NCBI GenBank assembly: GCA_964016885.1
Contig: OZ024740.1
Coordinates: 43,338,001 to 43,402,000 of the forward strand
Reading direction: 5' to 3'
Source: Eledone cirrhosa
Lineage: Eukaryota
DNA: 64,000 nucleotides
Numbering within the stretch: position 1 is the stretch's first letter; the number at the start of each line of letters is the position of its first letter. Under the pieces are notes generated by a model. The model did no database searches and was not told the origin of the DNA. It was given only the letters and a program-made list of their open reading frames with translations. Made by a program: the position numbers and the translations under genes. Positions 1 through 11,309 of the stretch are shown in pieces.

Positions 1-771
1 GTACCTCATACCAATCTATCCAACATATTTCTGACCTTGAGATTGGTTATAGCACACACACATGTTATCCTACTTTATTTGAATCTTCATTTTATTTTTC
101 ACTTCTCCATATTCATTTTCATTACTTTTTCACCAATTTTTCATTTATTCTTTATTCTTTATTCTCTATTTATTATTTATTTTCTGTTTTCTTCATTTAT
201 TGCCTTATATTTCTTCATATACATGGAATACCCCCCCCCCCCCACCACCACTATGAGAGATGGTGGCAGGAGGGATGAAGAAAAAACACACACAGATACT
301 TCTAAATTGTCAGCAGCAGCAAGACATAAGCTGATCACAACACCAACAACACTACCGAAATAATGATAGAGGTCAAATGTACTTAACAATAGCAAACACA
401 AACACTACAGGGAGCCTCACCCCAGAAAGAATTCTATAGACTTCTGACTGAAGAATGCTCTCAAAACTGACCAATGGGAAGTTGGACCCTTTTTTATGTT
501 ATTTTGTTCCTTTACGACCTTGTTCCTTCTACCACTTTATCATTGTTTAAAGCTAACTCCAACAATAACAACACTTAGAATGAGGAATGTTCTAACAACT
601 AACCAATAAGAGGAGAAGAAGCCCTTTGACACTGAAATCCGTTTGTTTGAATTCATATGATTCCAGTTCCTCAGTGAAATAACAACCCAACCAGGAACTG
701 GGCATATCAGAGTATTGACAAAATTATACACCTCAACAACATATGTACTTGTCTATACCAAACTAATTCGG

Positions 772-826
772 ACTGCCTGAAGAGGTCACAGCCAAAGATG
801 TCTGTCACTGAAATATATATAGCAGT
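772..826 (+). ncRNA. Minimal type-I hammerhead ribozyme motif (Penelope-like pLTR type)
   Basis: ACTGC-CTGAAGA-GGTCACAG(ccaaagatgt)CTGTCACT-GAAA-TATATATA-GCAGT. Stem I is ACTGC/GCAGT, with the conserved CUGAnGA and GAAA boxes, an imperfect stem II and a palindromic AT-only stem III, followed directly by AATAAA (827-832). Confidence 0.55.
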
Positions 827-972
827 AATAAATGAAGCTAAATTTTAAACATCTGACTTTTTATTTAACTTTATTTTACATTACTCTGGGGTAGCCAAAC
901 CAATCTGCGCACCTCGTCGAGTGCTCTAGCCTGCATACTGAGGTGTGGTATACAACCAACATATACTCAAAA

Positions 973-1035
<63 letters not shown>

Positions 1036-1039
1036 GTGT

Positions 1040-2507
1040 GTGGGGTGGGAGGGTGAGCGTGTATACATAATTAAATGAACGTATATAAATATACACACGT
1101 AAATACGTATATAACGCGTTCACAAACATACCTACATGTAAATACACATATTTTCGCAGACGTACGTCAACCAACACACAAAGTACACATATACACACAC
1201 CCTACATACGCACGAACCCGCATACTCACACAGACGCAAATCTCACGTATACACAAATCCATATGCGCATGTACCAGTATATATAATATATACGCCATAA
1301 CATATACAAGCAAATATACGTACGAGAAAGTATACGTACCTTCACAAAACATACAGGTAAAATATACTTACCTCTACAAATAAGTAATGGTATAAACATA
1401 ACATATACTTACTTACCACATCAAGATGTAAAATATCCGCGTATAGTTAGTACTATCCGTTAGGGTATAATGTGGGGCTCTAATACAGGAAGGTTTTGTG
1501 CAATTTATGTTTACAAGCCGAAATTGCCTCAGATTTTTTGTTTAAGATGTGGTCTTTGGAGTAGAGTATTTCCAGGGCCTCAGCGGCGCAGAGATCACAT
1601 GGTATTTTATTTCCGTTATACGATCTAGCCTTAGCTAGAATCTCCCAGTGTAACTTATATTGGGTCTGGGTGTCCTTTAGACTCCAGATATAAGCTGAAA
1701 GTGACGTCATATTCCTTCTTAAAATGTTAAGAAAAGCATGCATGTAAAGACGCTGCTTGAATTTATTGGCGGTTAACCCTATGTAGGCCCTACGAGACGT
1801 GGGTGTTTCAACCTTACATTTGTAGACAATGTTACTAGAGAGGCCTTTCCGGGATAGGGAGCAATCAACCCGATTCCTACAATTACAGTTAGTACTAGCT
1901 ACAGGGTTGCACGTGTTCCTACGGCTAGGTAATTTACTTTATTTTTAACTCTGAAGGCGAGAATCATTCGGTTTCCTAAATAGAATTTTAGTCTACGACT
2001 TCAGTTATACCATTTACGTGGTTTTGTCTTTGCATGTAATTGTTCTCACCGCCCCACATAAAGACGTATTATCTTCGTTTTTCCCGTTCATTGCCAGAGA
2101 ACGTCTCCATGAACCACCTAATAGAATATTAGTCTACGACTTCATTTATACCATAAATGTGGTTTTGTCTGCGTGTAATAGTTTTCACCGCACCAAACAA
2201 TGACGTATAATGTTTTTCTTTTTTCCGTTCTTTGCCAGGGAACGTTTCCACGAACCAAAGTATCGTCTTCCTGTCTTCCTTCGGTTGCATGGTTTTTTGA
2301 AATATTTACTTCTGCGTTCGCAGCTTGACTTTTTTAGTTTCAGAAGATCCCATTAAGGGTGAAAGCAGCGATTCTTTTCTTTGCTTAAACTTAAATCTGT
2401 TATTTTAATAAATATTTGCTCTACGGTTCTTATATATCTGATATATATTTATCCTTATCCAGCCCTCTTTGGATTTTAGTCTTCAAATTTATTATTTTTA
2501 CTATTTT

Positions 2508-2512
<5 letters not shown>
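1040..2512 (-). mobile_element. Penelope-like element remnant (Naiad-type), copy 1: 3' UTR + GIY-YIG fragment + inverted pseudo-LTR, between (TA)n tracts
   Basis: GIY-YIG coding fragment on minus. 1040-1480 matches the UTR at 37794-38200 in reverse. 1960-2512 matches 38343-38883 and is inverted relative to the EN, with a ~141-bp internal tandem unit (1981, 2122). Confidence 0.75.
1480..1938 (-). pseudogene. GIY-YIG endonuclease C-terminal fragment of a Naiad-type Penelope-like element
   Basis: The frame is open upstream of the listed ORF: NCNCRNRVDCSLSRKGLSSNIVYKCKVETPTSRRAYIGLTANKFKQRLYMH...TSLSAYIWSLK...WEILAKARSY...CDLCAAE...LNKKSE..SACKH. It shows the IVY/YIG motifs, the CxC Zn-finger lead-in, a CxxC insert and the LNxxxE motif. 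No RT is present. Confidence 0.8.
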
Positions 2513-2546
<34 letters not shown>

Positions 2547-2547
<1 letters not shown>

Positions 2548-3207
2548 TAGCAGAATGGCCCGGCGTTGCTCGGGATTTGCTATAGGGTTCTTATATATTT
2601 GATATATATTTATCCTTATCGAACCTCGTGAAATAAATACGTTTGTTTATATTTTGTTATTGTTTATGCAAAAATATCTGTCCATAAATATATAATTATA
2701 TATATATATATATTAAAATAACACACTAAAGTTTAAGCAAAGAATCACTGCTTTCACCCTTAACGGGATATTCTACCTAAAAGCAGTATGAAGTACATAC
2801 ACTAAGACTAATTGATGTAATCTTTGGCCTTGTTTGTTTATATTTTGTTTTTGTGTATGCAAAAATATCTGTACACGAATATCTATATTAAAATAACATA
2901 TTAATGTTTAAGCAAAGAATCGCTGCTTTCAACCTTAACGGGATCTTCTTAAACTAAAAAAATCAATCTGGAAAACAGGAAGACGATACTTTGGTTCGTG
3001 AAGACGTTCCCTGGCATAAGAATATATACACACACACACACTGATCGCGTCATAATGACGTAATGCAGACAGTCAGGCATACAGACAGATATAATGAAGG
3101 CGCGACGTCATATCTATGTATCTATCTAAAAAGAGAAAGACTAAGAGAAAGAGAAAGAGATCGCTAACTCATAAGGGAAGCAGACGACATATACACATGT
3201 ATATAAA

Positions 3208-3253
<46 letters not shown>

Positions 3254-3530
3254 GTGTATACAGATACAGACACATATACATATGGCAAACTCACACACGC
3301 ATATGTGCACATACACACACTCACATGTTAATAGATTTTACTCTTATTGGAACGCTCACACACACACATGTTAATAGTTATCTGTTAGAACACGAAAAGT
3401 GTGAAACAACAGAATGTTCACTTCTCGTGTTCTAACATATATGCTTAACTTCTTCATAAATTTCCGGGGATAGCCGTGGTGGTGGTGATCGTATGTCATT
3501 GGCTAATTTTTAACCAATCAGAGTAAGTGT

Positions 3531-3533
<3 letters not shown>
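2547..3533 (-). mobile_element. Non-autonomous Helitron (3' end clear, 5' end tentative) carrying pLTR fragments
   Basis: The minus-strand 3' end CCCGAGCAACGCCGGG...CTAG|T at 2574-2547 is nearly identical to the 3' end of the large Helitron. A candidate A|TC start lies at 3533. Interior 2581-3020 repeats pieces of the neighbouring pLTR. Confidence 0.45.
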
Positions 3534-3594
<61 letters not shown>

Positions 3595-3657
3595 TATTCC
3601 CCCTCTCTCTATATATATCATACGCTTTCGCTTTACACTCCTCCCTTCAATAACACA

Positions 3658-4439
3658 TTTCCCCCTCTCTATATATCTCTTATACTGTTACACTTATATT
3701 TCCATTTATTTATTACCCCCTCTCTATATATCTCTTCCACTGTTACTTACGCCTGTTTCTCTCTATCTGTTCCGTCTCTATATATATCTCTCTTACTCTT
3801 TCGCTTTGCACTCCTCCCCTTCAATACCATCTCTCCCCCTCTCTATATATTTGTTACTCTATCGCTGCACGCTCCTCTCCTTCAATATATCAATTACACA
3901 CTTACGCTTTACACTCCTTTATCCCCAGCGCCCCTATATATACACCCCCCCCCCCGCATCTATATTTTAATGTTCCGTTGCACCGTGAATATATGTGTCT
4001 ATATATATATACATATATATTGTATATACACATTCATGTATGTGTATACACACTCATGTATGTATATACACTGGTTTTATGTGTGTATTGTAAATGTGTA
4101 CTGTTAAAACACGAAACTAACATTCGATTGACACTTTGATTACCTGTACAGGCAATAGTTATTAGAATGCTGTTGAAGTGTGTATATATTTTTGGTGAAT
4201 CCGCGATAGTTGAACCGCCAAGTAGCGAGGTATCACTGTATATATGTTTAAATATATAGTGTAGCTGTGAAAACTGACTTTAAACGCGTTTCGGTTTGCG
4301 AGCGCCGCGCCGGAACGAATTAAACTCGTAAACCGAGGTGCCACAGTATATATATATATATATAAAATAAAAGAATTTATTCAGTTTTGGGACAATATAA
4401 TTTTGACTGATAGCAAATGTGAAATTCTTAACTAGCATC

Positions 4440-4497
<58 letters not shown>

Positions 4498-5081
4498 TAT
4501 GAAACTTCTAGGTATGTCACGATGTATCTAACATTACGGTGACACTTTCCCCCTCTCTATATATCTCTTATACTTTTACACTTATATTTCCATTTATTTA
4601 TTCCCCCCTCTCTCTATATCTCTTCCACTGTTACTTACGCCTGTTTCTCTCTATCTGTTCCGTCTCTATATATATCTCTCTTACTCTTTCGCTTTGCACT
4701 CCTCCCCTTCAATACCATCTCTCCTCCTCTCTATATATTTGTTACTCTATCGCTGCACGCTCCTCTCCTTCAATATATTAATTACACACTTACGCTTTAC
4801 ACTCCTTTATCCCCAGCGCCCCTATATATACCCCCCCCCCCGCATCTATATTTTAATGTTCCGTTGCACCGTGAATATATGTGTCTATATATATATACAT
4901 ATATATTGTATATACACATTCATGTATGTGTATACACATTCATGTATGTATATACACTGGTTTTATGTGTGTATTGTAAATTTGTACTGTTAAAACACGA
5001 AAGTAACATTCGATTGACACTTTGATTACCTGTACAGGCAATAGTTATTAGAATGCTGTTGAAGTGTGTATATATTTTTGG
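3658..5081 (+). repeat. Local direct duplication of ~535 bp (3658-4195 and 4546-5081)
   Basis: Two near-identical blocks, from TTTCCCCCTCTCTATATATCTCTTATAC to GTGTGTATATATTTTTGG. Confidence 0.9.
4196..4350 (-). mobile_element. Two pogo/Tigger-like TIR ends (MITE fragments)
   Basis: Minus strand reads TA-CAGTGATACCTCGCTACTTGGCGGTTCAACTATCGCGGATTCA (from ~4240) and TA-CTGTGGCACCTCGGTTTACGAGTTTAATTCGTTCC (from ~4349). Both resemble Tigger-type CAGTGxxxCCTCG termini at TA sites. Confidence 0.5.
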
Positions 5082-5094
5082 GAGACATCCTGTA
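4985..5094 (-). mobile_element. Tc1/mariner-type TIR end
   Basis: Minus strand reads TA-CAGGATGTCTCCCAAAAATATATACACACTTCAACAGC, resembling TACAGGGTGTC-type mariner termini. A truncated second copy lies at 4100-4195. Confidence 0.5.
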
Positions 5095-5445
5095 TATACA
5101 CACATTATATATAATACAATAAACAGATAAATACACACATATATATATGAGCTTATTTAATTATAAATATTGTGAATTTTTAACTCAGTTCAATTATATA
5201 TATAAATGGCTTCTACAGGACTAGAACTGTTTCATTCGAAAGAAATCATCATAATAGATAATAGATAAAATATTTCAAATCAAATGTGTATAAGTTATAA
5301 GTTAAAATGTATAAATAGAGACGATAGTGGAGGTATATCTGTTTAGTGGAACATTAGACGATAGAATTAAATACAGACGAGAATCTCCCTTTAATGAAAC
5401 AGCAGACGATAGAATTAAGGCAATTTAAATTTTAAGCATTTGCAT

Positions 5446-5498
5446 TTTTGCCTTTCATCGTTACGGGGTCGATAAAATAAAGTACCAGTAATACACTG
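5446..5498 (+). mobile_element. SINE family 1 fragment
   Basis: TTTGCCTTTCATCGTTACGGGGTCGATAAAATAAAGTACCAGT core, shared with more than 10 copies in the window. Confidence 0.75.
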
Positions 5499-5849
5499 TC
5501 ACTATAAGTAGACGACTTTCAAATTGAATTGTTTGTTCCATTTCTTTAGTATTTTCAATTGTAGTTATCTACTTAAAAAGCGTTACACGGTTAGAGACAT
5601 AATTGGTAAGTTATATCTTCCCTATTAAACCATTGCTTAATTTCGCCTACAATAGAACAAAAATGAAATGTTCTTTAAAGAAACAGGAATATAACTTTAT
5701 AAAAAAAAAAAGCTGCATCCGCTTCTTTTATCATTGATAATTTTTTCGTTTTAATATTAATTGTTTTTTGTAGTTGTTTATATTAAAAATCTTACTGTAA
5801 TATTTACTTAAACGAAGGCAGACATCTAAACTTATAGATTAATCTTTGC

Positions 5850-6292
5850 TTCCCTCTGGCAATGGACTTGGTAAACACCCACAAAGTTATTAACCATCCG
5901 ACCAACAACAACCCCGAACACCTTTTTGATCTCCATGTGTCTAACACGTGGACATGCCTACAGAGTCAGAAAACAACACAGCTCCCATGACTTTAGGAAA
6001 TATTTCTTCATGCTCAGAGTTGCTGAAGGATGGAACAAACTTCCTGCATCAGTTGTTAGCTGATGACACACTGCATCCTTTAAAACCATCATACATTCCG
6101 AAATACACCAAAACTACACCTGATGTCCCCCTTCCATACACATGCACATATGTGTATATCATGACTCATGCACTGTTCTATTTTCCTGACGTTTTTATAT
6201 TACCCTATGTATTATATATGCACTTTTGATGAGTTGTAGTGCACCTCAGCATTGTACACAATATTTTCATTATTATTATCATTATTATTATT
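5850..6292 (+). mobile_element. CR1-clade LINE 3' fragment with (ATT)n tail
   Basis: Translates (with one indel) to ..RGHAYRVRKQHSSHDFRKYFFMLRVAEGWNKLPASVVS, the typical CR1 ORF2 C-terminus (RGH..FF.RV..WN.LP..VV). It is followed by a UTR and ATT repeats. Confidence 0.7.
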
Positions 6293-6737
6293 ACACTCAT
6301 TGATCCATTTTGCACTAACTCTGCATCAAGCACCCTCACCTAAATATTAACCAATCAAGGATCCAATACAGCTATCTGTTGGATGAGTATTGTATAGTGC
6401 CAAAAACGAAACCAATCAGTTTAGCAGAAAGTTTCCAAACAAGAAACACGTTTACACATGGCATGAAATATAACTAATCCGAGATGGCTAGGTTTCATCT
6501 TCTAACTGGATATACGAAATCCATTATGTCTTGACAACAACATGAGGTAACATTATGTTATTCACAGACACACTTTGTACACTGTTCCATATCAGAATGT
6601 ATTTCCTTCGTCACATTCACAAACAGTATTGAAAATATGTTCTTCGGCAAATAAAAATGTTTTGTTCATAATATTTCAACTAGCGATTGCTCTACTCCAC
6701 GCACGACCACCATAAATTAATGACCAGCTCAACACAA

Positions 6738-6910
6738 GTATTGGTAGAACGTCAGACACCATGCTTTGCAGTATTGTCATGGTCCTTTGCATTCTAAGTT
6801 CAAATCCTGCCGAGGTTAACTTCGACTTTCATACTTACTAATTCGATAAAATAAAGTACCAGTAATGGACTGCCGTAATGGATTTGTGCCGAAAAATAGA
6901 AACACTATTA
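6738..6910 (+). mobile_element. tRNA-derived SINE family 1 copy
   Basis: A-box-like TTGGTAGAACG, B-box GTTCAAATCC, then the shared GCCGAGGTTAAC...GATAAAATAAAGTACCAGT core. Confidence 0.8.
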
Positions 6911-7459
6911 ATGTGCAATAAGAGCAAAATATAACGACATTGCTCAATTATTTTATCTAATGTTGTAATAACACAAGGAAATGTTGTTTGTGTATTTTTT
7001 TTTATATTTGCTCATAGGCTTTTACAATTTCGCTCAGCCAACAACTATTAAAAAGTGAGTTGCTTAAGATAACAATTTAATCACAAATTGTTGCTATCTT
7101 TTAATACACTCCAACAAGTCATCAAATTATGTGCAATAAAAACAAATCTTATTAATTTGCTCAGGGAATATAAAGAAAATGTATATACACTGATAATTGC
7201 AATTGTATGTAAATATTTTGTTTTTGTATTGTTTATTTTATGTTTTCTATTATGTATAATATATTGATTTAATATTGATTGTTTTTTGTAGTTGTTTATA
7301 TTAAAAGTCTGAAAATATTTTTATACATCTTACACTAATATTTATAAGATAATTTATAATAACAATTACATAATCTAGTTACATTACAACGATAATTTAT
7401 TATTAATATATATCCTGTTTAACTAGTGTTATTACAATCGTTGCCTTAAAAAATATTAA

Positions 7460-8416
7460 ACTAGACATGAAAAATGCGCAAGCTCAAAAGTGCCACAGAA
7501 TGTTATAATAAACCTTCAAAAGTGTGGGACTAGAGTTGTTGCTAAAAAATATTGTAATCATTATATATCGTACATTCTGTGGCATCCTTTATAAAAATAG
7601 CTTAAACCAACGAAGCCTTTATTTTTACGCTATTTCACTTAGTTAATTCTTAGAGTGTAACATATAAAAATAAATACATCTATGTTTAATGTAATAACAG
7701 CTATAAATAATTACGTAATATTATTATCATATACTCATAGTAACAAAATAATTGTGTTGAAAATTAATATGATGCTTATATGAACGATCAAATCTATAAT
7801 GATAATTTCTTAAATATACTAATAGTAAAATAATTTAGTTATCTATTGTTACATTTTCATAGAACTATAATATTAACAATCGTATTGCATTATCAAATTT
7901 TTATCACTACAAACTTTCATATTGGAATTACCTTAAGCCACTTATTATTACTTCGCTTTCGTACTTTTACAGCTGTAGATATTGCGCTGTATCTTATATC
8001 TAATATCAATATGTCATGGTAATTTGCATGCAGTGTAAAATAGGTTTATTAATAACTTTAATATGAAATGTATTATACAGGGCTGCGGAGTCGGCCAAAA
8101 ATTGACTGGCTCCAACTCAGGATCCGATACTCCATTATTTCCTAAATTTCAGCTCCGCAGCTCTGTTATTATATTAATTAATTTATTTTATAGTTGTAAA
8201 TCTTATTTTTATATGTTACACTCTAAGAATTAACTAAGTGAAATAGCGTAAAAATAAAGGCTTCGTTGGTTTAAGCTATTTTTATAAAGGATGCCACAGA
8301 ATGTACGATATATAATGATTACAATATTTTTTAGCAACAACTCTAGTCCCACACTTTTGAAGGTTTATTATAACATTCTGTGGCACTTTTGAGCTTGCGC
8401 ATTTTTCATGTCTAGT
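7460..8416. repeat. Perfect 214-bp inverted duplication (7460-7673 / 8203-8416) with 529-bp spacer
   Basis: ACTAGACATGAAAAATGCGC...CATATAAAAATAA is the reverse complement of TTATTTTTATATG...GCGCATTTTTCATGTCTAGT. I saw no mismatch on read-through. Confidence 0.9.
8078..8165. mobile_element. 88-bp hAT-like MITE
   Basis: TIRs CAGGGCTGCGGAG / CTCCGCAGCTCTG (12/13 match), flanked by an 8-bp near-TSD GTATTATA / TTATTATA. Confidence 0.65.
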
Positions 8417-8833
8417 ACATCATGTATCTTTGACAGTATCAAAAGACAGCGTCTTTCACTCTCTCTCTCCCTCCCGCTATCCCCCTCTTGTAGTATGTCT
8501 CTTTCTTTCACTCTCACTCTCTCTCTCTTTGTAACTTACATTCTATCGAAAAACGCTGTGACGAATGGGGGAAGGAGGAAGAGGAGAAAAAAGCCACTTC
8601 GTCACTTCGCCTCACCGTTTCTTTCTCTCCCCTCTCACTCCCTCATTATGTAGAGACATTGGTCACTTCACTAATTCGATCCCTAGGACAGAATAATTTG
8701 AAATTTCTTTTTGCTCAAAACCCTTCCGGTTTTATTATTTATTACACGTGTAAAGTTTGAAAAACAACCGTTGGGTACTTTTCGAGTTTTAGGGAAACAG
8801 ACACACAGACATCCTCTGTTTTATATATATAGA
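8417..8833 (-). mobile_element. Helitron 5'-end fragment (non-autonomous)
   Basis: Minus strand begins A|TCTATATATATAAAACAGAGGATGTCTGTGTGTC, the same style as the 5' end of the large Helitron (A|TCTATATATATATAAAAGC). No canonical hairpin-CTAG 3' end is adjacent. Confidence 0.55.
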
Positions 8834-9020
8834 TATGAAAAAGTATAACCCCGACGGCAGAACTCAAGCCGTTTCGACGGCTATTCTGTCCAGAAATAGC
8901 CGTCGAAACGGCTTGAGCTCTGCCGTCGGGGTCATACTTTTTCCTATTTCCCACTTTACTACCCTAAGTATTGAGTACACTGGTGCGTTATGGTCCATCT
9001 GGTTCCTTACCACAATTCCA
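8833..9020 (+). repeat. Fold-back family A element (~56-bp arms + conserved tail)
   Basis: Arms 8833-8888 / 8891-8947 around CCCCGACGGC...TCAAGCCGTTTCGAC/GTCGAAACGGCTTGA. The tail TTCCCACT..ACTACCCTAAGTATTGAGTAC..TGGTGCGTTATGGTCCA..TGGTTCCTTACCA also occurs at 53020-53090 and 58326-58390. Confidence 0.85.
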
Positions 9021-9039
9021 TACAGTATATATATATACA

Positions 9040-9335
9040 TATTTATTAAAATAACAGATTAAAGTTTAAGCAAAGAATCGCTGCTTTTACCCATAACGGG
9101 ATCTTCTGAAACTCAAAAGAATCAATCTGTGAACGCAGAAGTAGATATTTCGAAAAACGTTGCAACCGAAGTAAAACAGGAAGACGATACTATGGTTCGT
9201 GAAGACGTTCCCTGGCAATGAACGGAAAAAAGCGAAGATAATATTTGCTCTAGGGTTCTTATATATTTGATATATATTTATCCTTATCGAGTCCTCTTTG
9301 GATTTTAGTATTCAAGTTTATTATTATTACTATAT
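9040..9335. mobile_element. Solo Naiad-type pLTR fragment with internal inversion
   Basis: 9040-9240 is the reverse complement of the pLTR (as at 37101 onward). 9240-9335 is the forward pLTR tail ATATTTGCTC..GGTTCTTATATATTTG (as at 2412 and 38792). Confidence 0.75.
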
Positions 9336-9382
9336 ATCTATATCTATCTGTGTGTGTTTGTGTGTGTATGTGTGTCTGTGTG

Positions 9383-9423
<41 letters not shown>

Positions 9424-9724
9424 TCGTTAACCAGTAATTTTTTCCCAATTGTATTGTAGATTAATTAACACCTGTGTGCGCATTATTTAGCAATCAAGGT
9501 AGCATACTTTTGAGACTGTGATATAATCACGGAATGTTATATATGTATATGTTTTAGTCCAACTGGAATGTAGTAATCTCTCTTTCTTATTTTTACTCAC
9601 TCTACACGGACTTGTCAACACATAGTAATATGATTTTTTATCTTCTGCTGCAGATTTACGAAATTCCCAGAGGTCAATATGCGCCTAAATCTATCACACT
9701 TGTTTATCAGTATATCTAACACAC

Positions 9725-10050
9725 TGAGGTCGCCACATGATCATGTGGTTAAACTGTTTGCTTAAGAAGCATTAAGTCCTGAGTGTGAGTCCGACTGTGT
9801 GACATCACAGGGAAGTGATGTTTTCCATAACCAGAGATTTACCCAAATGCTGAAAGTGAAATTGTGTAGGCTGAACTATCGAGGTCCGTCGGATAGACTG
9901 TGACTGTAATTTGAAATGCTAGCCTTGTCGTACCATGGTACACTGCATCTCATTGAGAAGTAGGTTTAGGCTACATGTGTCGATGTAATTCTCAGCGACT
10001 TCTATGCTAATTTCACGAGCAGGCTGTTTCATTGGAACAATCATCACTCA
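9725..10050 (+). mobile_element. Degenerate tRNA-derived SINE (family 2)
   Basis: tRNA-like head (CATGTGGTTAAACTG...GTGTGAGTCC). The 3' part resembles 29200-29310. Confidence 0.45.
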
Positions 10051-11309
10051 GACAGACTAATGTCTATTTAATGTAACATATTCGAATTAATATTTAAAAT
10101 TAATATATATCGATATATTATATCATCCCCAGAACTCACCAGTAGCAACGGATAGTAAGAAGAGTCCAAATAGACGTCATTAAATTATAATAAAGTTCTA
10201 TTGATTTAAATCAAAGAATGTTGTTAACTTAATGCCGAAGATCTATAGAAGCTTTAGATAGATTATTGGTAGCCTATTTTGTCAATCAATTTTTAATATT
10301 AATCAATATCATGATAATAATTTCATCTAGACTAATCTCATATTTGATAACCGGAACGAAAATTATAATTGCATTAGATGAGGCAGTGTTGTGTAAGAGA
10401 AAGTATTAAGACAACCATTTAAGTAAAATAACTTTGATGGTGCCCGTATGTATACGTGTGTATGTGTATTTGTGTGTGTGTGTGTGTGGGGGGGGCATGT
10501 ATGTTTATGGAGGGGGACGTGTGTCTGTGTATGTGGGCGTGTCTGTGTGTGTGTGTGTGTGGTACAGTCGGGTTGTGCATGAATACACCTGTGGTTTCCT
10601 AGAATAAAAGACACGAATGAATGGATATGTTAGTGATGGGAGGTTCTTCTTTGTGACACATTTTAAGCTTGAAATAAAGCCAGCCAGAAACGCAATTTTC
10701 ATGCCACGATATAAGAATTTTGTACGTATTTTTCAGACATTTATATATAGTTCATTTGATTAAATTAAAACAAATATCAACTATTTTTTTTTTTTTGTCT
10801 GTACCTGAATACAATTCATTGTTCTTTCTTAATACAGTGTTGAGATTTAATTATAAGTCAATATGTTGATTCTAGAACTTCAATGTATAAAAACACGATG
10901 ATAGGAATATATGAGTTACAGATTAGAAAAGAAATGATTACATAACAATTGTATTTCTTCTAATTCACAGAAATCAATTATCCTTTAAATTGTTTTAATT
11001 ACATTCACATTTTGCTTTTTATGAATAGTAAAATTATAATGACATTTAAGAAATTATCGTTGAATGCTATAGTGTTCTTTTTAATATTCATTTGTTACAA
11101 TGAAATGCCTAGCTATTTTTTATTATTAATTAGTTGGTACATTCTAAAATTCGTATTCAAACAACAATCCTCTTGCAGAGATTAAGAATATTACAAGTTC
11201 TTTCAAACTGGTAATTAGCAGCATATCTTATACAGCTGCTTCATATTTGTTGATATGAAGTTAGGCGTAATTTGTAGCTTACAATCGCTGTTAGTTAATT
11301 CGAGAGAAG

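Noticed and set aside
1480-1938. Selenoprotein-type Naiad (UGA recoding + SECIS)
   Set aside because: The conserved Cys positions in both EN copies are TGT/TGC (one is GGC), there is no in-frame TGA, and I saw no convincing SECIS.
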